64,000 bases of DNA, taken from NCBI GenBank assembly GCA_934277615.1, contig CAKQUV010000002.1, forward strand, positions 98,855 through 162,854. The letters run 5' to 3'. Within the stretch, counting starts at the first letter, position 1, and each line of letters opens with the position of its first letter. Positions 8,765 through 17,014 of the stretch are shown here, piece after piece. The notes beneath the pieces are model-generated. The model did not search any database and was not told the origin of the DNA. It saw only the letters and a list, made by a program, of their open reading frames with translations. This DNA comes from an uncultured Clostridia bacterium (GTDB taxonomy: Bacteria > Bacillota > Clostridia > Christensenellales > CAG-917). Position numbers and translations under genes: made by a program.

Positions 8765-10015
8765 ATGAACGAATTGATTGTTTCCAACATCAACAAATAC
8801 GCCCGTATGCTTGCGGAAAAGAAGTATTTGCAAAGCGGTTTCATAGCGGTCAAGGAAGACGACGGCATCGTCATCACAAAGCCGAGAATAGATTATTCCG
8901 ACGTCAAAGAAGACGACGTCGTGTTTGTCAACGACAAGAATATCGAAAGCTTGGAAGGCAACTTCCGCGCTGCAGCGGTGATTTTGTTCTGCGCAATCCG
9001 CCAAGACAAAAAGGCAGGAGCGGCGGCAATCGTCGATAGCGACAGCACTGTTGAGTTTTCAAAGAAGAGAAAGACCATTATGCCTATCCTCGACGATTTG
9101 GCGCAAGTTTGCGGCATATCTATCAAATGCGCAGGCAAGAACGTAGCATCCGACGTCGTAGCGGCACTCAGCGGACAACGCAACGTATGCTTGCTTCCCG
9201 AGGCAGGCGCAGTCGTTACGGGGCGCACGCTTGACGAAGTGTTTACGGCAACTCTCGTTCTCGACAAGGCTTGCAACATCGAGCTTTTGACGGAAAGCAA
9301 GGGCGGCACTCAACACATGGGCGCGCTTGACGCTTTGCTCGAGCATGTCGTGTTCAAACTCAAATATTCCAAGACCAACCAAAAACAACAAAAAGCGGCA
9401 GAGAGCGGTGAGGCTGCGCAAGCAGAGGAAAAACAATCCGCAGTCGTCAGCGACGAGGACAAGAAGATAGCGCAAGACATCAAGGACGCAGGCGAGAGAT
9501 TGCTTGACGAAAACCTTGTTCAAGGCACTTGGGGCAACATCGCAGTCCGCATTGACGACCAATATATGTTCGCAACTCCGTCCGGCATCGATTACGTCAT
9601 GCTCCAACCCGAGCAAATGGCAAAGGTCAATATGGAAACCCTTGAGTGGACAGGCACCAACAAAGCCACCAGCGAAAAGGGCATCCATGCGATTTTGATG
9701 AAGAACGACAAGAACATCAACGCAACAATTCACACTCATCCGTTCTACGGCTGCGCGCTTGCGGCAATGTGCAAATCCTTGCCCGTTCCCGAAAAATATC
9801 AAGACGTTCTCGGCAAAGAGATTCCTTGCGCCAAAGCAGCGCTTCCCGGCACAGGCTCACTCGTTAAAAACGTTGCGGCGGCAATCGGCGACGCGCCCGC
9901 ATGCTTTATGGGACATCACGGCGTAATCGTAAGAGGCAAAGACCTTGACGACGCATTTGCAATCTGCAGAGCTCTCGAGGACGCTTGCCGCGATTACCTC
10001 ACGGAAGAGAACTAA
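8765..10015 (+). CDS. tandem class II aldolase/adducin-domain protein (degenerate N-domain plus catalytic C-domain)
   Basis: The C-terminal half has SEKGIH, HTHPFYG and GHHGVIVRG, i.e. the Zn-binding His set of FucA/AraD/MtnB-type enzymes. The N-terminal half has the same fold pattern but lacks the His triad. An acidic/Q-rich linker joins them. AGGAGA SD. Confidence 0.75.
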   Translation: MNELIVSNINKYARMLAEKKYLQSGFIAVKEDDGIVITKPRIDYSDVKEDDVVFVNDKNIESLEGNFRAAAVILFCAIRQDKKAGAAAIVDSDSTVEFSKKRKTIMPILDDLAQVCGISIKCAGKNVASDVVAALSGQRNVCLLPEAGAVVTGRTLDEVFTATLVLDKACNIELLTESKGGTQHMGALDALLEHVVFKLKYSKTNQKQQKAAESGEAAQAEEKQSAVVSDEDKKIAQDIKDAGERLLDENLVQGTWGNIAVRIDDQYMFATPSGIDYVMLQPEQMAKVNMETLEWTGTNKATSEKGIHAILMKNDKNINATIHTHPFYGCALAAMCKSLPVPEKYQDVLGKEIPCAKAALPGTGSLVKNVAAAIGDAPACFMGHHGVIVRGKDLDDAFAICRALEDACRDYLTEEN

Positions 10016-10031
10016 TTGTAAAACAGTTAAT

Positions 10032-10060
10032 AAAAAAAGCACACTTCGGTGTGCTTTTTT
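10032..10060. terminator. bidirectional intrinsic terminator
   Basis: A7 - GCACAC ttcg GTGTGC - T6. Confidence 0.8.
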
Positions 10061-10064
10061 ATTA

Positions 10065-10170
10065 GTGATATCGTGCTTCGCACGGTGATATTTGCGCAAA
10101 GCGCAAGTGATATTTTTTGCTTACGCAAAAAGTGATATTGCACCTGCGGTGCAGTTATGGAATATTCCAT
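10065..10170 (-). repeat. hairpin/ATATCAC array A (4 units plus GGAATATTCC palindrome)
   Basis: On the minus strand: ATGGAATATTCCAT, then TGCACCgcaGGTGCA-ATATCAC, TTTTTGCgtaaGCAAAAA-ATATCAC, TTGCGCtttGCGCAA-ATATCAC, CGTGCgaaGCACG-ATATCAC, then the terminator. Same architecture as 20599-20707 and 23741-23863. Confidence 0.8.
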
Positions 10171-10411
10171 TAGTGCACGCAGTGCGCCTAACGTTGCTCG
10201 TAGGCAGGCGGAGCCGTAGTTTATAACTCCACGAAGAATAATTGTGGGCATCAACTGTCTATCCGAGCAACCGCCGAGCCGCCTCAAGGTTGCGAGACCT
10301 TACGCAAAAAGCAAGGCTCCGCTTGCTTTTTTGTAGGACGTTTGCGCCTAAATATGTGTCAAGTTATCTCGTAGAGATAAGTGACACGTGTTTAGCATTC
10401 GGCGCAAGCTG

Positions 10412-11302
10412 TTATTCAACGCTTTGATTGTCTTCAACTATTTCTTCAACAGTTTCCTTGATTTCTTCTTCAACGTTTTCTTCTGCTTGAGTTTCCTCTT
10501 GAGTGTTTTCTGTGTTTTCTTCTTTCACGTCGCTGTCTTGATTGATTTCAACGTCGGAATTTGCAATTTCTTCAAGGTGCGCGGTTTCTTCTTGAGCTTT
10601 TTGTTTTTTCTTCTCACGTCTTATCTGGAGCACTGCAAACAAAGCACAAAGTGCGATACCTACAAACAAATATCCCGATGCGATATTGAATGACGGCATT
10701 GCAAAGCCGAGAATGACTGAAAGTACAACGATAATAGCAATCGGGAATACCGCGAGTTTGATGTTCTTCACAACGTATTTTCCGCCGAGCGAGCCGAAGA
10801 GCGCGTAAACGACGCAAGTAAATGCCGGGGTAATCCAAGGTGTATTGCGTATTGCCGTTTCAACGTTGCTAAGTGCAAGAATAAGGACAAATACTGCAAT
10901 GATAACCGTTGTTACAAGCGTGCTTGTCGCAACGGAGAGGGTGGAGACCACTTCGTTTTCTTCCGTGCCGAGTTTCGTACCGCAAATCTCTTGCGCTTTT
11001 ACAACGCAGGGAATTTTGAGATTGGACAGGTTGCCCGTGATAAAGGCAAGATATGCGCTGTTTACGCCAAGCATTGGCGAATAAATCACAGGTTCAACCA
11101 CACCGGAAAGGAAGTTGATTATAAACGGAATCAAAACCGCACTCGATCCCATAACCGTCATATCGGGTTTCACGTCGTAATAAAGACAAATTGTCGTTGG
11201 TACGGCGAAGAAGATTGCAAGTGCAAAAAACATCCAAATTTTGCCTATGATGTGCGATTTGAGGTTATAATCCATAGAAACTTTAACTCTTTCTTTTGCC
11301 AT
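10412..11302 (-). CDS. polytopic membrane protein, unknown function, acidic C-terminal tail
   Basis: About 6-7 predicted TM helices. GAGGTG SD. Starts 11 nt after the upstream membrane gene. The last ~65 aa are E/D/Q/N-rich. Confidence 0.7.
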   Translation of the reverse strand: MAKERVKVSMDYNLKSHIIGKIWMFFALAIFFAVPTTICLYYDVKPDMTVMGSSAVLIPFIINFLSGVVEPVIYSPMLGVNSAYLAFITGNLSNLKIPCVVKAQEICGTKLGTEENEVVSTLSVATSTLVTTVIIAVFVLILALSNVETAIRNTPWITPAFTCVVYALFGSLGGKYVVKNIKLAVFPIAIIVVLSVILGFAMPSFNIASGYLFVGIALCALFAVLQIRREKKKQKAQEETAHLEEIANSDVEINQDSDVKEENTENTQEETQAEENVEEEIKETVEEIVEDNQSVE

Positions 11303-11313
11303 AATTCACCTCG

Positions 11314-12159
11314 TCAAGCGGACAATGCCCAGCCGTATTTGTTCGCGCAGTAACTGATTACGCCCACTACGAACATAGCGATAAGCATAGATACGGGAGT
11401 GGAGAAACTGTCAAGCCACTTCCATTTTGCTTTGTTGATAAGTACGTCGCAAACGTACATACAAAGCATAGCGATAATGACGGCGATGAAGTTGTAGTAC
11501 CCGTCAACAAAAGCGATTTTGTGAGTTATCGTTTCGACGCTCATAGCAAGGTATCCGATAACCATACCGATAAATGACACTTGGAATACGAGATCGCCTA
11601 TATTTATATTGCTCTTTTTGTTTCCGCCCGAAGTATTTGCGAGGAGTTTGCCGATTTTGGGTTGGTACAAGCGGTAGAAGAAAAGAACTTCCACGCCACC
11701 GCTCATAATTGCAATCGTCATAATCATAGCCATCGTCGCAAAGTCTTGCGCGGTCATACCGCGTGCCAAAAGCAATTCCATAGAACCTTTTTGTATGATT
11801 TTGCCGTTTTCGACTATTTCGGTAAGACCTATCGCAACGCCGTCAGCCATTTGCGTTTCGTATTGAAGAGAACCGACAACGGAAAGTCTTATTGCGGGGA
11901 ATGCGATTCCGAGCGTGCCGATAAGCGTAACCACGCCCAGCGCGATGCCGAGACCTGGGAGTATAGAAAATGTTGCCGAAGTCGTTATGACCTTTTTGAT
12001 TTTGTTGGATTCGATGCCCAATTGTTTTGCTCTTTTAAGCGCAGACAACATGTAGTAAAGCGACAAAGCAAGGATAAACGCAAGCACCACGCCGTACAAT
12101 ATGTAAACGATTGGGTCGTTTAGAGAAAATTCCCTCGCTCCTATTGCGTTTGCAAACAT
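11314..12159 (-). CDS. polytopic membrane protein, unknown function
   Basis: 281 aa with multiple TM helices and an AAGGAGA SD. Forms a two-gene unit with 10412-11302, divergent from the folate operon. Confidence 0.7.
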   Translation of the reverse strand: MFANAIGAREFSLNDPIVYILYGVVLAFILALSLYYMLSALKRAKQLGIESNKIKKVITTSATFSILPGLGIALGVVTLIGTLGIAFPAIRLSVVGSLQYETQMADGVAIGLTEIVENGKIIQKGSMELLLARGMTAQDFATMAMIMTIAIMSGGVEVLFFYRLYQPKIGKLLANTSGGNKKSNINIGDLVFQVSFIGMVIGYLAMSVETITHKIAFVDGYYNFIAVIIAMLCMYVCDVLINKAKWKWLDSFSTPVSMLIAMFVVGVISYCANKYGWALSA

Positions 12160-12285
12160 AAGCAGTCTCCTTTAATGTTATTTTAATAATATAGAACAAG
12201 TATAAACCACATATTGACATTTGTCGATTGTTTTTTTCTTGCAAAGAGAAATATAACGTCCGAGCGTAATCATTGTACAATTTTG

Positions 12286-12314
12286 TTGATTTGCAAAAGG
12301 AATGGTGATAGAAT
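12286..12314 (+). promoter_or_regulatory. promoter of the folate operon
   Basis: TTGATT (12286-12291), 17-nt spacer, TGaTAGAAT extended -10 (12306-12314). Confidence 0.5.
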
Positions 12315-12326
12315 AAATATATCAAT

Positions 12327-12417
12327 CGGAAGTAGTAGGGTATTGCGCGTTAAGTGCCGTGCGAACGTGGAGTGTCGGCGGACGAAGGGTTTTCCCGCGG
12401 TGCAATGCTCACTCCAG
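12327..12417 (+). promoter_or_regulatory. THF (tetrahydrofolate) riboswitch, THF-I / folT-motif class
   Basis: GGAAGUAGUAGGGUAUUGCGCGUUAAGUGCCGUGCGAACGUGGAGUGUCGGCGGACGAAGGGUUUUCCCGCGGUGCAAUGCUCACUCC. It shares the recalled hallmark blocks GUAG, GCGUUAAGUG, GUGUCG, ACGAAG, GCGGUG.AAU and a closing CUCC/GGA P1. It sits directly upstream of folC. Confidence 0.75.
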
Positions 12418-12470
12418 ACTTCACATATTACCGAAAGGTTTTTTGCGAGTACTTCCCGAGGAGGTGCTTT

Positions 12471-13790
12471 TTGTTTTATCAAGAGGCGATTGACTACATC
12501 AAGAATATAGAAAGAGCGGGCTCCGATTACGGCTTGGAGCGTATGCGAGAGCTTTTGGCGTTGCTGGGCAATCCCGACGACAAACTCAAATTCGTGCACG
12601 TTGCAGGCACCAACGGCAAAGGCTCCGTTACGGCGTATCTCACAAGTGCGCTAAAAGAGGCAGGTTATAGGGTGGGCACTTACAATTCTCCATCCGTTTT
12701 CCGATACAACGAAAGATGGCTCATAGACGGCAATCCCCTGTGCGACGAGGACGTGGCGCGCTATATGACGATTGTAAGAGAGTGCATAGAGAGCGAAAAA
12801 CAGCTGCGCTCTGCGTTCGGCATTGGCGATTTCAATCCCACCGCATTCGAGATAGAAACAGCGGTTGCAATGCTTGCCTTTTTCGATAAGGAATGCGATA
12901 TATGCGTTCTCGAAGTCGGACTTGGCGGAAGATGGGACGCGACAAATGCAATTTCTCAAAAGGAACTTGCCGTTATAACTCCAATAGGTCTTGACCATTG
13001 CGCGATTTTGGGCGATACGCTCGGCAAAATTGCAAGCGAAAAAGCGGCGATAATCAAGAAAGACTGCGTAACCGCAGAGCAGTGCGACGAGGTGATGAAA
13101 GAGATCTATCACCCATACGTATTTGACGAAAACTGCAAGAGAATCGACATAAATTCCAACGTAATTTTGTGCAAAAAAGCAAAACTTATCGAGCAGAATA
13201 TAGACGGGCAAACGTTTGAATACGACGGCAAAACATACCATATTTCAATGCTAGGCGCACACCAACTAGTCAACGCGTCTATAGCGATTTGCGCCCTTCA
13301 AACGCTTGGCAAAAAGCATTGGAATATCCCCGATGAGGCTATCAAGAAAGGGCTTGCCGATACCGTTTGGCACGCACGCTTCGAAGTGGTTAAAAACGCA
13401 AAAGAGAGGTTTAATATATCAATTCCGCAAGATAAAACGCTTGTTTTTGACGGCGCGCACAATCCGCACGGCGCAGCAACGCTTGCCAACGCAATCAAAG
13501 ATTTGTTTCCTGACAGACGCGTACATTTGGTTGTGGGCATGCTCAAAGACAAGGACGTGGACGGCGTATGCGCGATTGTCTGTCCGCTCGCAAAAAAGGT
13601 GAGCGTCGTTACTCCCACATCCCCAAGAGCAATGGACAAAAGCAACCTTATCAAAATCGCGAGCAAGTATTGCGAAAATTGCGACGAGCAAGACAGTGTA
13701 AAGGTCGGAGTGAAAAACGCGCTTGACGGAGATTGCGACGTCGTGATACTTTGCGGTTCGCTCACGCTTTTTGCCGATATGAAAAAGTAA
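12471..13790 (+). CDS. folC: bifunctional folylpolyglutamate synthase / dihydrofolate synthase
   Basis: VAGTNGKGS P-loop and Mur-ligase-like layout. The preferred start is TTG 12471, 6 nt after GGAGG (12460-12464). The track start 12354 lies inside the riboswitch. Confidence 0.85.
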   Translation: MFYQEAIDYIKNIERAGSDYGLERMRELLALLGNPDDKLKFVHVAGTNGKGSVTAYLTSALKEAGYRVGTYNSPSVFRYNERWLIDGNPLCDEDVARYMTIVRECIESEKQLRSAFGIGDFNPTAFEIETAVAMLAFFDKECDICVLEVGLGGRWDATNAISQKELAVITPIGLDHCAILGDTLGKIASEKAAIIKKDCVTAEQCDEVMKEIYHPYVFDENCKRIDINSNVILCKKAKLIEQNIDGQTFEYDGKTYHISMLGAHQLVNASIAICALQTLGKKHWNIPDEAIKKGLADTVWHARFEVVKNAKERFNISIPQDKTLVFDGAHNPHGAATLANAIKDLFPDRRVHLVVGMLKDKDVDGVCAIVCPLAKKVSVVTPTSPRAMDKSNLIKIASKYCENCDEQDSVKVGVKNALDGDCDVVILCGSLTLFADMKK

Positions 13791-13820
13791 CAAGTAAATA
13801 TAAAAACACAAATAACAAAA

Positions 13821-14060
13821 AATTAATAACAAAAAATTAATAATTAATAATTGCGGGTGGGCGTTGCCCACACCCGAGCAAAAGTCGTCGCTGTGGCAAA
13901 GATAACTCACAAGTTCATTGTCTACTGCCACGCTAGCCTTATTGCTCTGCTACCGCGCAACCGATATACGATCAGTATAGCATGGACAAGAATTCGTACC
14001 ACAGTTCCGCTATATCGCTTGCTTGGTGTATTTGTGGAGTATTCCGCAGCTAGAAAATTT
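13821..14060 (+). repeat. mosaic hairpin modules filling the folC-folE spacer
   Basis: AATTAATAAC..AATTAATAATTAATAATT leader, then GGGTGGGCGTTGCCCACACCC (same hairpin as 56970-56990) and a degenerate GTGGAGTATTCCGC palindrome. Confidence 0.5.
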
Positions 14061-14096
14061 AATAGTCAGTCTATAAAAGAGGTCAAGCATATAACT

Positions 14097-14654
14097 ATGA
14101 GCAGAGACATTGACAAAAAAAAGATACAATCGGCGGTGAGAGATATTCTCGTCGCAATAGGAGAAAATCCCGACAGAGAAGGGCTCAAAGACACGCCCGA
14201 CAGGGTAGCGCGTATGCTCGAGGAACTTACGGCAGGATACGATGAGAGCGTGTCGGGGCATTTGTCAAAGACTTTTGACGAGAGCGGAAGCGCGATTGTG
14301 GTAGAGCGAGATATCGATTTTTCGTCCACTTGCGAGCATCACCTTATGCCTTTTTTCGGCAAGGTGCATATTGCCTACGTTCCAAGCGGCAAAGTGGTCG
14401 GGCTTTCCAAACTTGCAAGAGTCGTTGACGTCTTTGCCAAGAGATTGCAACTGCAAGAGAGGCTCAACGCACAGATTGCGGACGCGATTTACCAAGAACT
14501 TGCGCCCAAGGGCGTTATCGTGGTTGTGGAGGCTCAACACACTTGCATGACCGCACGCGGAGTGAAGAAAGTCGGCTCGAACACGCTTACTTATGCCGTA
14601 AGAGGCGAAATTGACGACGCAGTCAAGGCAATGATGCTCGGAGGCGCGCAATGA
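14097..14654 (+). CDS. folE: GTP cyclohydrolase I
   Basis: 185 aa with [24 protein letters not shown] and RLQLQERL motifs. ATG 14097 is preferred over the track start 13851, which reads through the repeat region. Confidence 0.92.
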   Translation: MSRDIDKKKIQSAVRDILVAIGENPDREGLKDTPDRVARMLEELTAGYDESVSGHLSKTFDESGSAIVVERDIDFSSTCEHHLMPFFGKVHIAYVPSGKVVGLSKLARVVDVFAKRLQLQERLNAQIADAIYQELAPKGVIVVVEAQHTCMTARGVKKVGSNTLTYAVRGEIDDAVKAMMLGGAQ

Positions 14655-15454
14655 AAGGGGATAGAGTTTACGATTTGCACGTAAGGAACAAAGTTTTTAC
14701 GAGCGGAACGCACGTTATGGCGATTCTCAACGCAACGCCCGACAGTTTTTACGAGGGGAGCAGACATCGTTTCGATGCGGTTGAAACTGCAAAAAAGTTT
14801 ATCGAACAAGGAGCGGAGATTATCGACGTGGGCGGACAATCCACAAGACCCGGCGCTGCAAAAGTCGGCTCTTTGGAAGAGATGTCAAGGGTATTGCCCG
14901 TAATCGAGCAAATCCGCGCGCAATTTCCCGACATCCCAATAAGCGTTGATACATTTTATCCCGACGTTGCCGCAAGCGCAATCGACGCCGGCGCGGATAT
15001 GATAAACGACGTAAGTTGTCTAAAATACGACGGTATGGCGCAAGTTATTGCCGAAAAGGGCGCGTCCGTTTGCGTTATGCACGACAGGCGCGACAGCAAG
15101 ATAAAAGACTTGTTTTTGGACAAAGAAACAGGGCTTGCTTCCGCAGTGGACAAACTGTTGAAGTGTGGCGTGGCAAAAAACAAAATCTTGCTTGACGGCG
15201 GAATAGGATTCAACAAAAACAACGACGAGGACTGGCAACTTTTGAACGGCTACGACAAGCTCGTCGATATGTTTGACGAGTATCCGTTTTTGCTCGGCAC
15301 GTCGCGCAAGTCTATGTTCGGAGGTGAAGTGGGAGGTAGACTTTCGGCAACTCTCGACAGCACCGTGCTTGCTGTAAAACAAGGCGTTTTGTTCGTGCGA
15401 GTGCACGACGTCAAGGAAAACGCAATGGTCATCAAGTGCTATTCGAAGGTGTGA
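14651..15454 (+). CDS. folP: dihydropteroate synthase
   Basis: [24 protein letters not shown] and GIGFNK motifs. ATGA start/stop overlap with folE. Confidence 0.92.
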   Translation: MKGDRVYDLHVRNKVFTSGTHVMAILNATPDSFYEGSRHRFDAVETAKKFIEQGAEIIDVGGQSTRPGAAKVGSLEEMSRVLPVIEQIRAQFPDIPISVDTFYPDVAASAIDAGADMINDVSCLKYDGMAQVIAEKGASVCVMHDRRDSKIKDLFLDKETGLASAVDKLLKCGVAKNKILLDGGIGFNKNNDEDWQLLNGYDKLVDMFDEYPFLLGTSRKSMFGGEVGGRLSATLDSTVLAVKQGVLFVRVHDVKENAMVIKCYSKV

Positions 15455-15455
15455 T

Positions 15456-16262
15456 ATGGACGTTATTGTTTTGAAAGATTTTGAAGTAACGGCATGCCAC
15501 GGAGTCAATCCCGAAGAGAAGGTAAATCCGCAAAGATTTTTGTTTACGGCAGAGATTTTTACGGATTTTTCAAAGTGCGCCAAAAACGACGATTTGACGC
15601 AAACCATAAGTTATAGCGCCGTAAAAAAGACTTTAAAGTCCTTTTGTGAAAACAACTGCTTTGATTTGATAGAAACTCTTGCCAAGAGAGGCGCGTCGCT
15701 TTTGCTAAAAACCTACCCCCTTGCAAGCGGTGTGAAACTCACCGTCAAAAAGCCCGACGCACCTATGAGCGGTGTTTTCGATTACGTCGCGGTAAGCACG
15801 GAACTTTGGTGGCATGAGGTTTATCTCGCGCTCGGATCAAATATGGGCGATCGCAACGCATACCTCGATTTTGCGATAGACAGATTGAAGGCGGACGACA
15901 ATTTCAAGGACATCGAAGAAAGCGGGAGAATGCAGTCCGCACCATATGGCAACGTCGCAACGGATACCTTTGTCAACAGCGCGGTGAAGTGCAAGACTTT
16001 GTATACTCCTCACGAGTTGCTCGATACGATTATGCAAATAGAAAAGGGCGGAGACCGCGTTCGTAAAGAGAGATGGGGCAACCGCACTCTCGATATCGAT
16101 ATCTTGTTTTACGACGATTTGATAATAGAGGACGACGATTTGTGCGTACCGCACATCGATATGCAAAATCGCGAATTTGTATTGAAACCTCTTTGTGAAT
16201 TGTGCCCCAACAAAGTGCATCCGCTTTTTAATAAACGTATCATTGAACTAAAAACGCACTAA
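15456..16262 (+). CDS. folBK: fused dihydroneopterin aldolase / 6-hydroxymethyl-dihydropterin pyrophosphokinase
   Basis: N-terminal FolB-like domain (CHGVNPEEK...ISYS). C-terminal HPPK domain (LALGSNMGDR, RWGNRTLDIDILFY). The last codons (KTH-stop) lie inside the palindromic element 16250-16375. Confidence 0.9.
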   Translation: MDVIVLKDFEVTACHGVNPEEKVNPQRFLFTAEIFTDFSKCAKNDDLTQTISYSAVKKTLKSFCENNCFDLIETLAKRGASLLLKTYPLASGVKLTVKKPDAPMSGVFDYVAVSTELWWHEVYLALGSNMGDRNAYLDFAIDRLKADDNFKDIEESGRMQSAPYGNVATDTFVNSAVKCKTLYTPHELLDTIMQIEKGGDRVRKERWGNRTLDIDILFYDDLIIEDDDLCVPHIDMQNREFVLKPLCELCPNKVHPLFNKRIIELKTH

Positions 16263-16375
16263 ATCGCGCCTAACTTCGGCAGAGCCGTCCGATTGCCAAC
16301 TCATTTACGTTTAGTAAATTAGGGTTGCCACTCGGACAGCTCTTTCTTGTTATGCATCGATTTATCGCGTTTTTT
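16250..16375 (+). repeat. ~125-bp imperfect palindrome with attC-like geometry, copy 1
   Basis: AAAACGCACTAAATCGC-GCCTAAC(16268-16274)-ttcggc-AGAGCCGTCCG...CATTTACGTTTAGTAAATTAGGG...CGGACAGCTCT-ttctt-GTTATGC(16349-16355)-ATCGATTTATCGCGTTTT. Overlaps the folBK stop codon. Confidence 0.8.
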
Positions 16376-16510
16376 ATTAACTTTTATAAACTTATCTTTT
16401 ACTATAATATGGCATTTTTGCTTCAAATCAATTGCCTATTGCACATATTATCCACATATGTTATCATATCAGTGTAATAAAACACATTGTGTTCAAAAAG
16501 AGGAGAAAAT

Positions 16511-17014
16511 ATGAGGATAATTATTAAGCAAAAGTATTTCACAATCGGTAACAAATTCAAAATCACGGACGAAAACGACGCCGTCGTGTTCTTTGCCGTG
16601 CGCCAGTTTGACAGAATTATGTCAAACGTCGTGTTGTTTGACAAAAACGATACGCCCCTTTTGCGTGTGCAAGCGGAACTCAAAAAGTTTTTTACAACCT
16701 ATTTCGAGGTCAATGACGCTTACGGCGCAAAACTCTTTGCCATTGACGAAAAATTGCCGTTTTTCTGCTTTAAGCGCGCCAAGACCGTTGGCAATATCGA
16801 CGTCAAAATCAAGTGCGGACCAATACATATGAAAGCGTATATTTCGGACGGTAAAGGTTCTTACGACAAAACGCCCGTCGTGCGTGCCCGCAAAAAGATT
16901 TTAAGCATTGCCGACACCTACGTCGTGGATATCGACGATGCGCGAATTCGTTCGGAGTACGGTGCTGTCATTGGCATCTGGTATGATTTAATCAAACATA
17001 ACAAAACGCACTAA
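16511..17014 (+). CDS. LURP-one-related / YxjI-like (tubby C-terminal-like fold) protein
   Basis: MRIIIKQKYFTIGNKFKITDENDAVVFFAV... pattern of the PF04525-type family. AGGAGA SD before ATG 16511. Ends in KTH-stop encoded by repeat copy 2. Confidence 0.6.
   Translation: MRIIIKQKYFTIGNKFKITDENDAVVFFAVRQFDRIMSNVVLFDKNDTPLLRVQAELKKFFTTYFEVNDAYGAKLFAIDEKLPFFCFKRAKTVGNIDVKIKCGPIHMKAYISDGKGSYDKTPVVRARKKILSIADTYVVDIDDARIRSEYGAVIGIWYDLIKHNKTH

Noticed and set aside
12354-12470. N-terminal extension of folC given by the ORF track.
   Set aside because: It overlaps the THF riboswitch aptamer and has no SD. A TTG at 12471 with a well-spaced GGAGG matches the usual FolC N-terminus (FYQEAIDYI).
13851-14096. 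N-terminal extension of folE. Analogous extensions exist for the anSME gene (23783-23872), xpt (50876-51001), hup (6604-6681), the lipoprotein (35801-35932) and the BMP lipoprotein (51610-51642).
   Set aside because: The extensions read through repeats, promoters or leaders. Internal ATGs with good SD sequences give canonical N-termini or signal peptides.
16268-16355. Interpreting the ~125-bp palindromes as ordinary rho-independent terminators only.
   Set aside because: Not fully rejected. The stems are followed by T-rich but interrupted tracts (TTTCTTGTT), and copy 3 lacks even that. The conserved AAC/GTT boxes, the fixed 88-nt span, the capture of stop codons and a separate canonical terminator after copy 2 (17187-17216) indicate more than a simple terminator.
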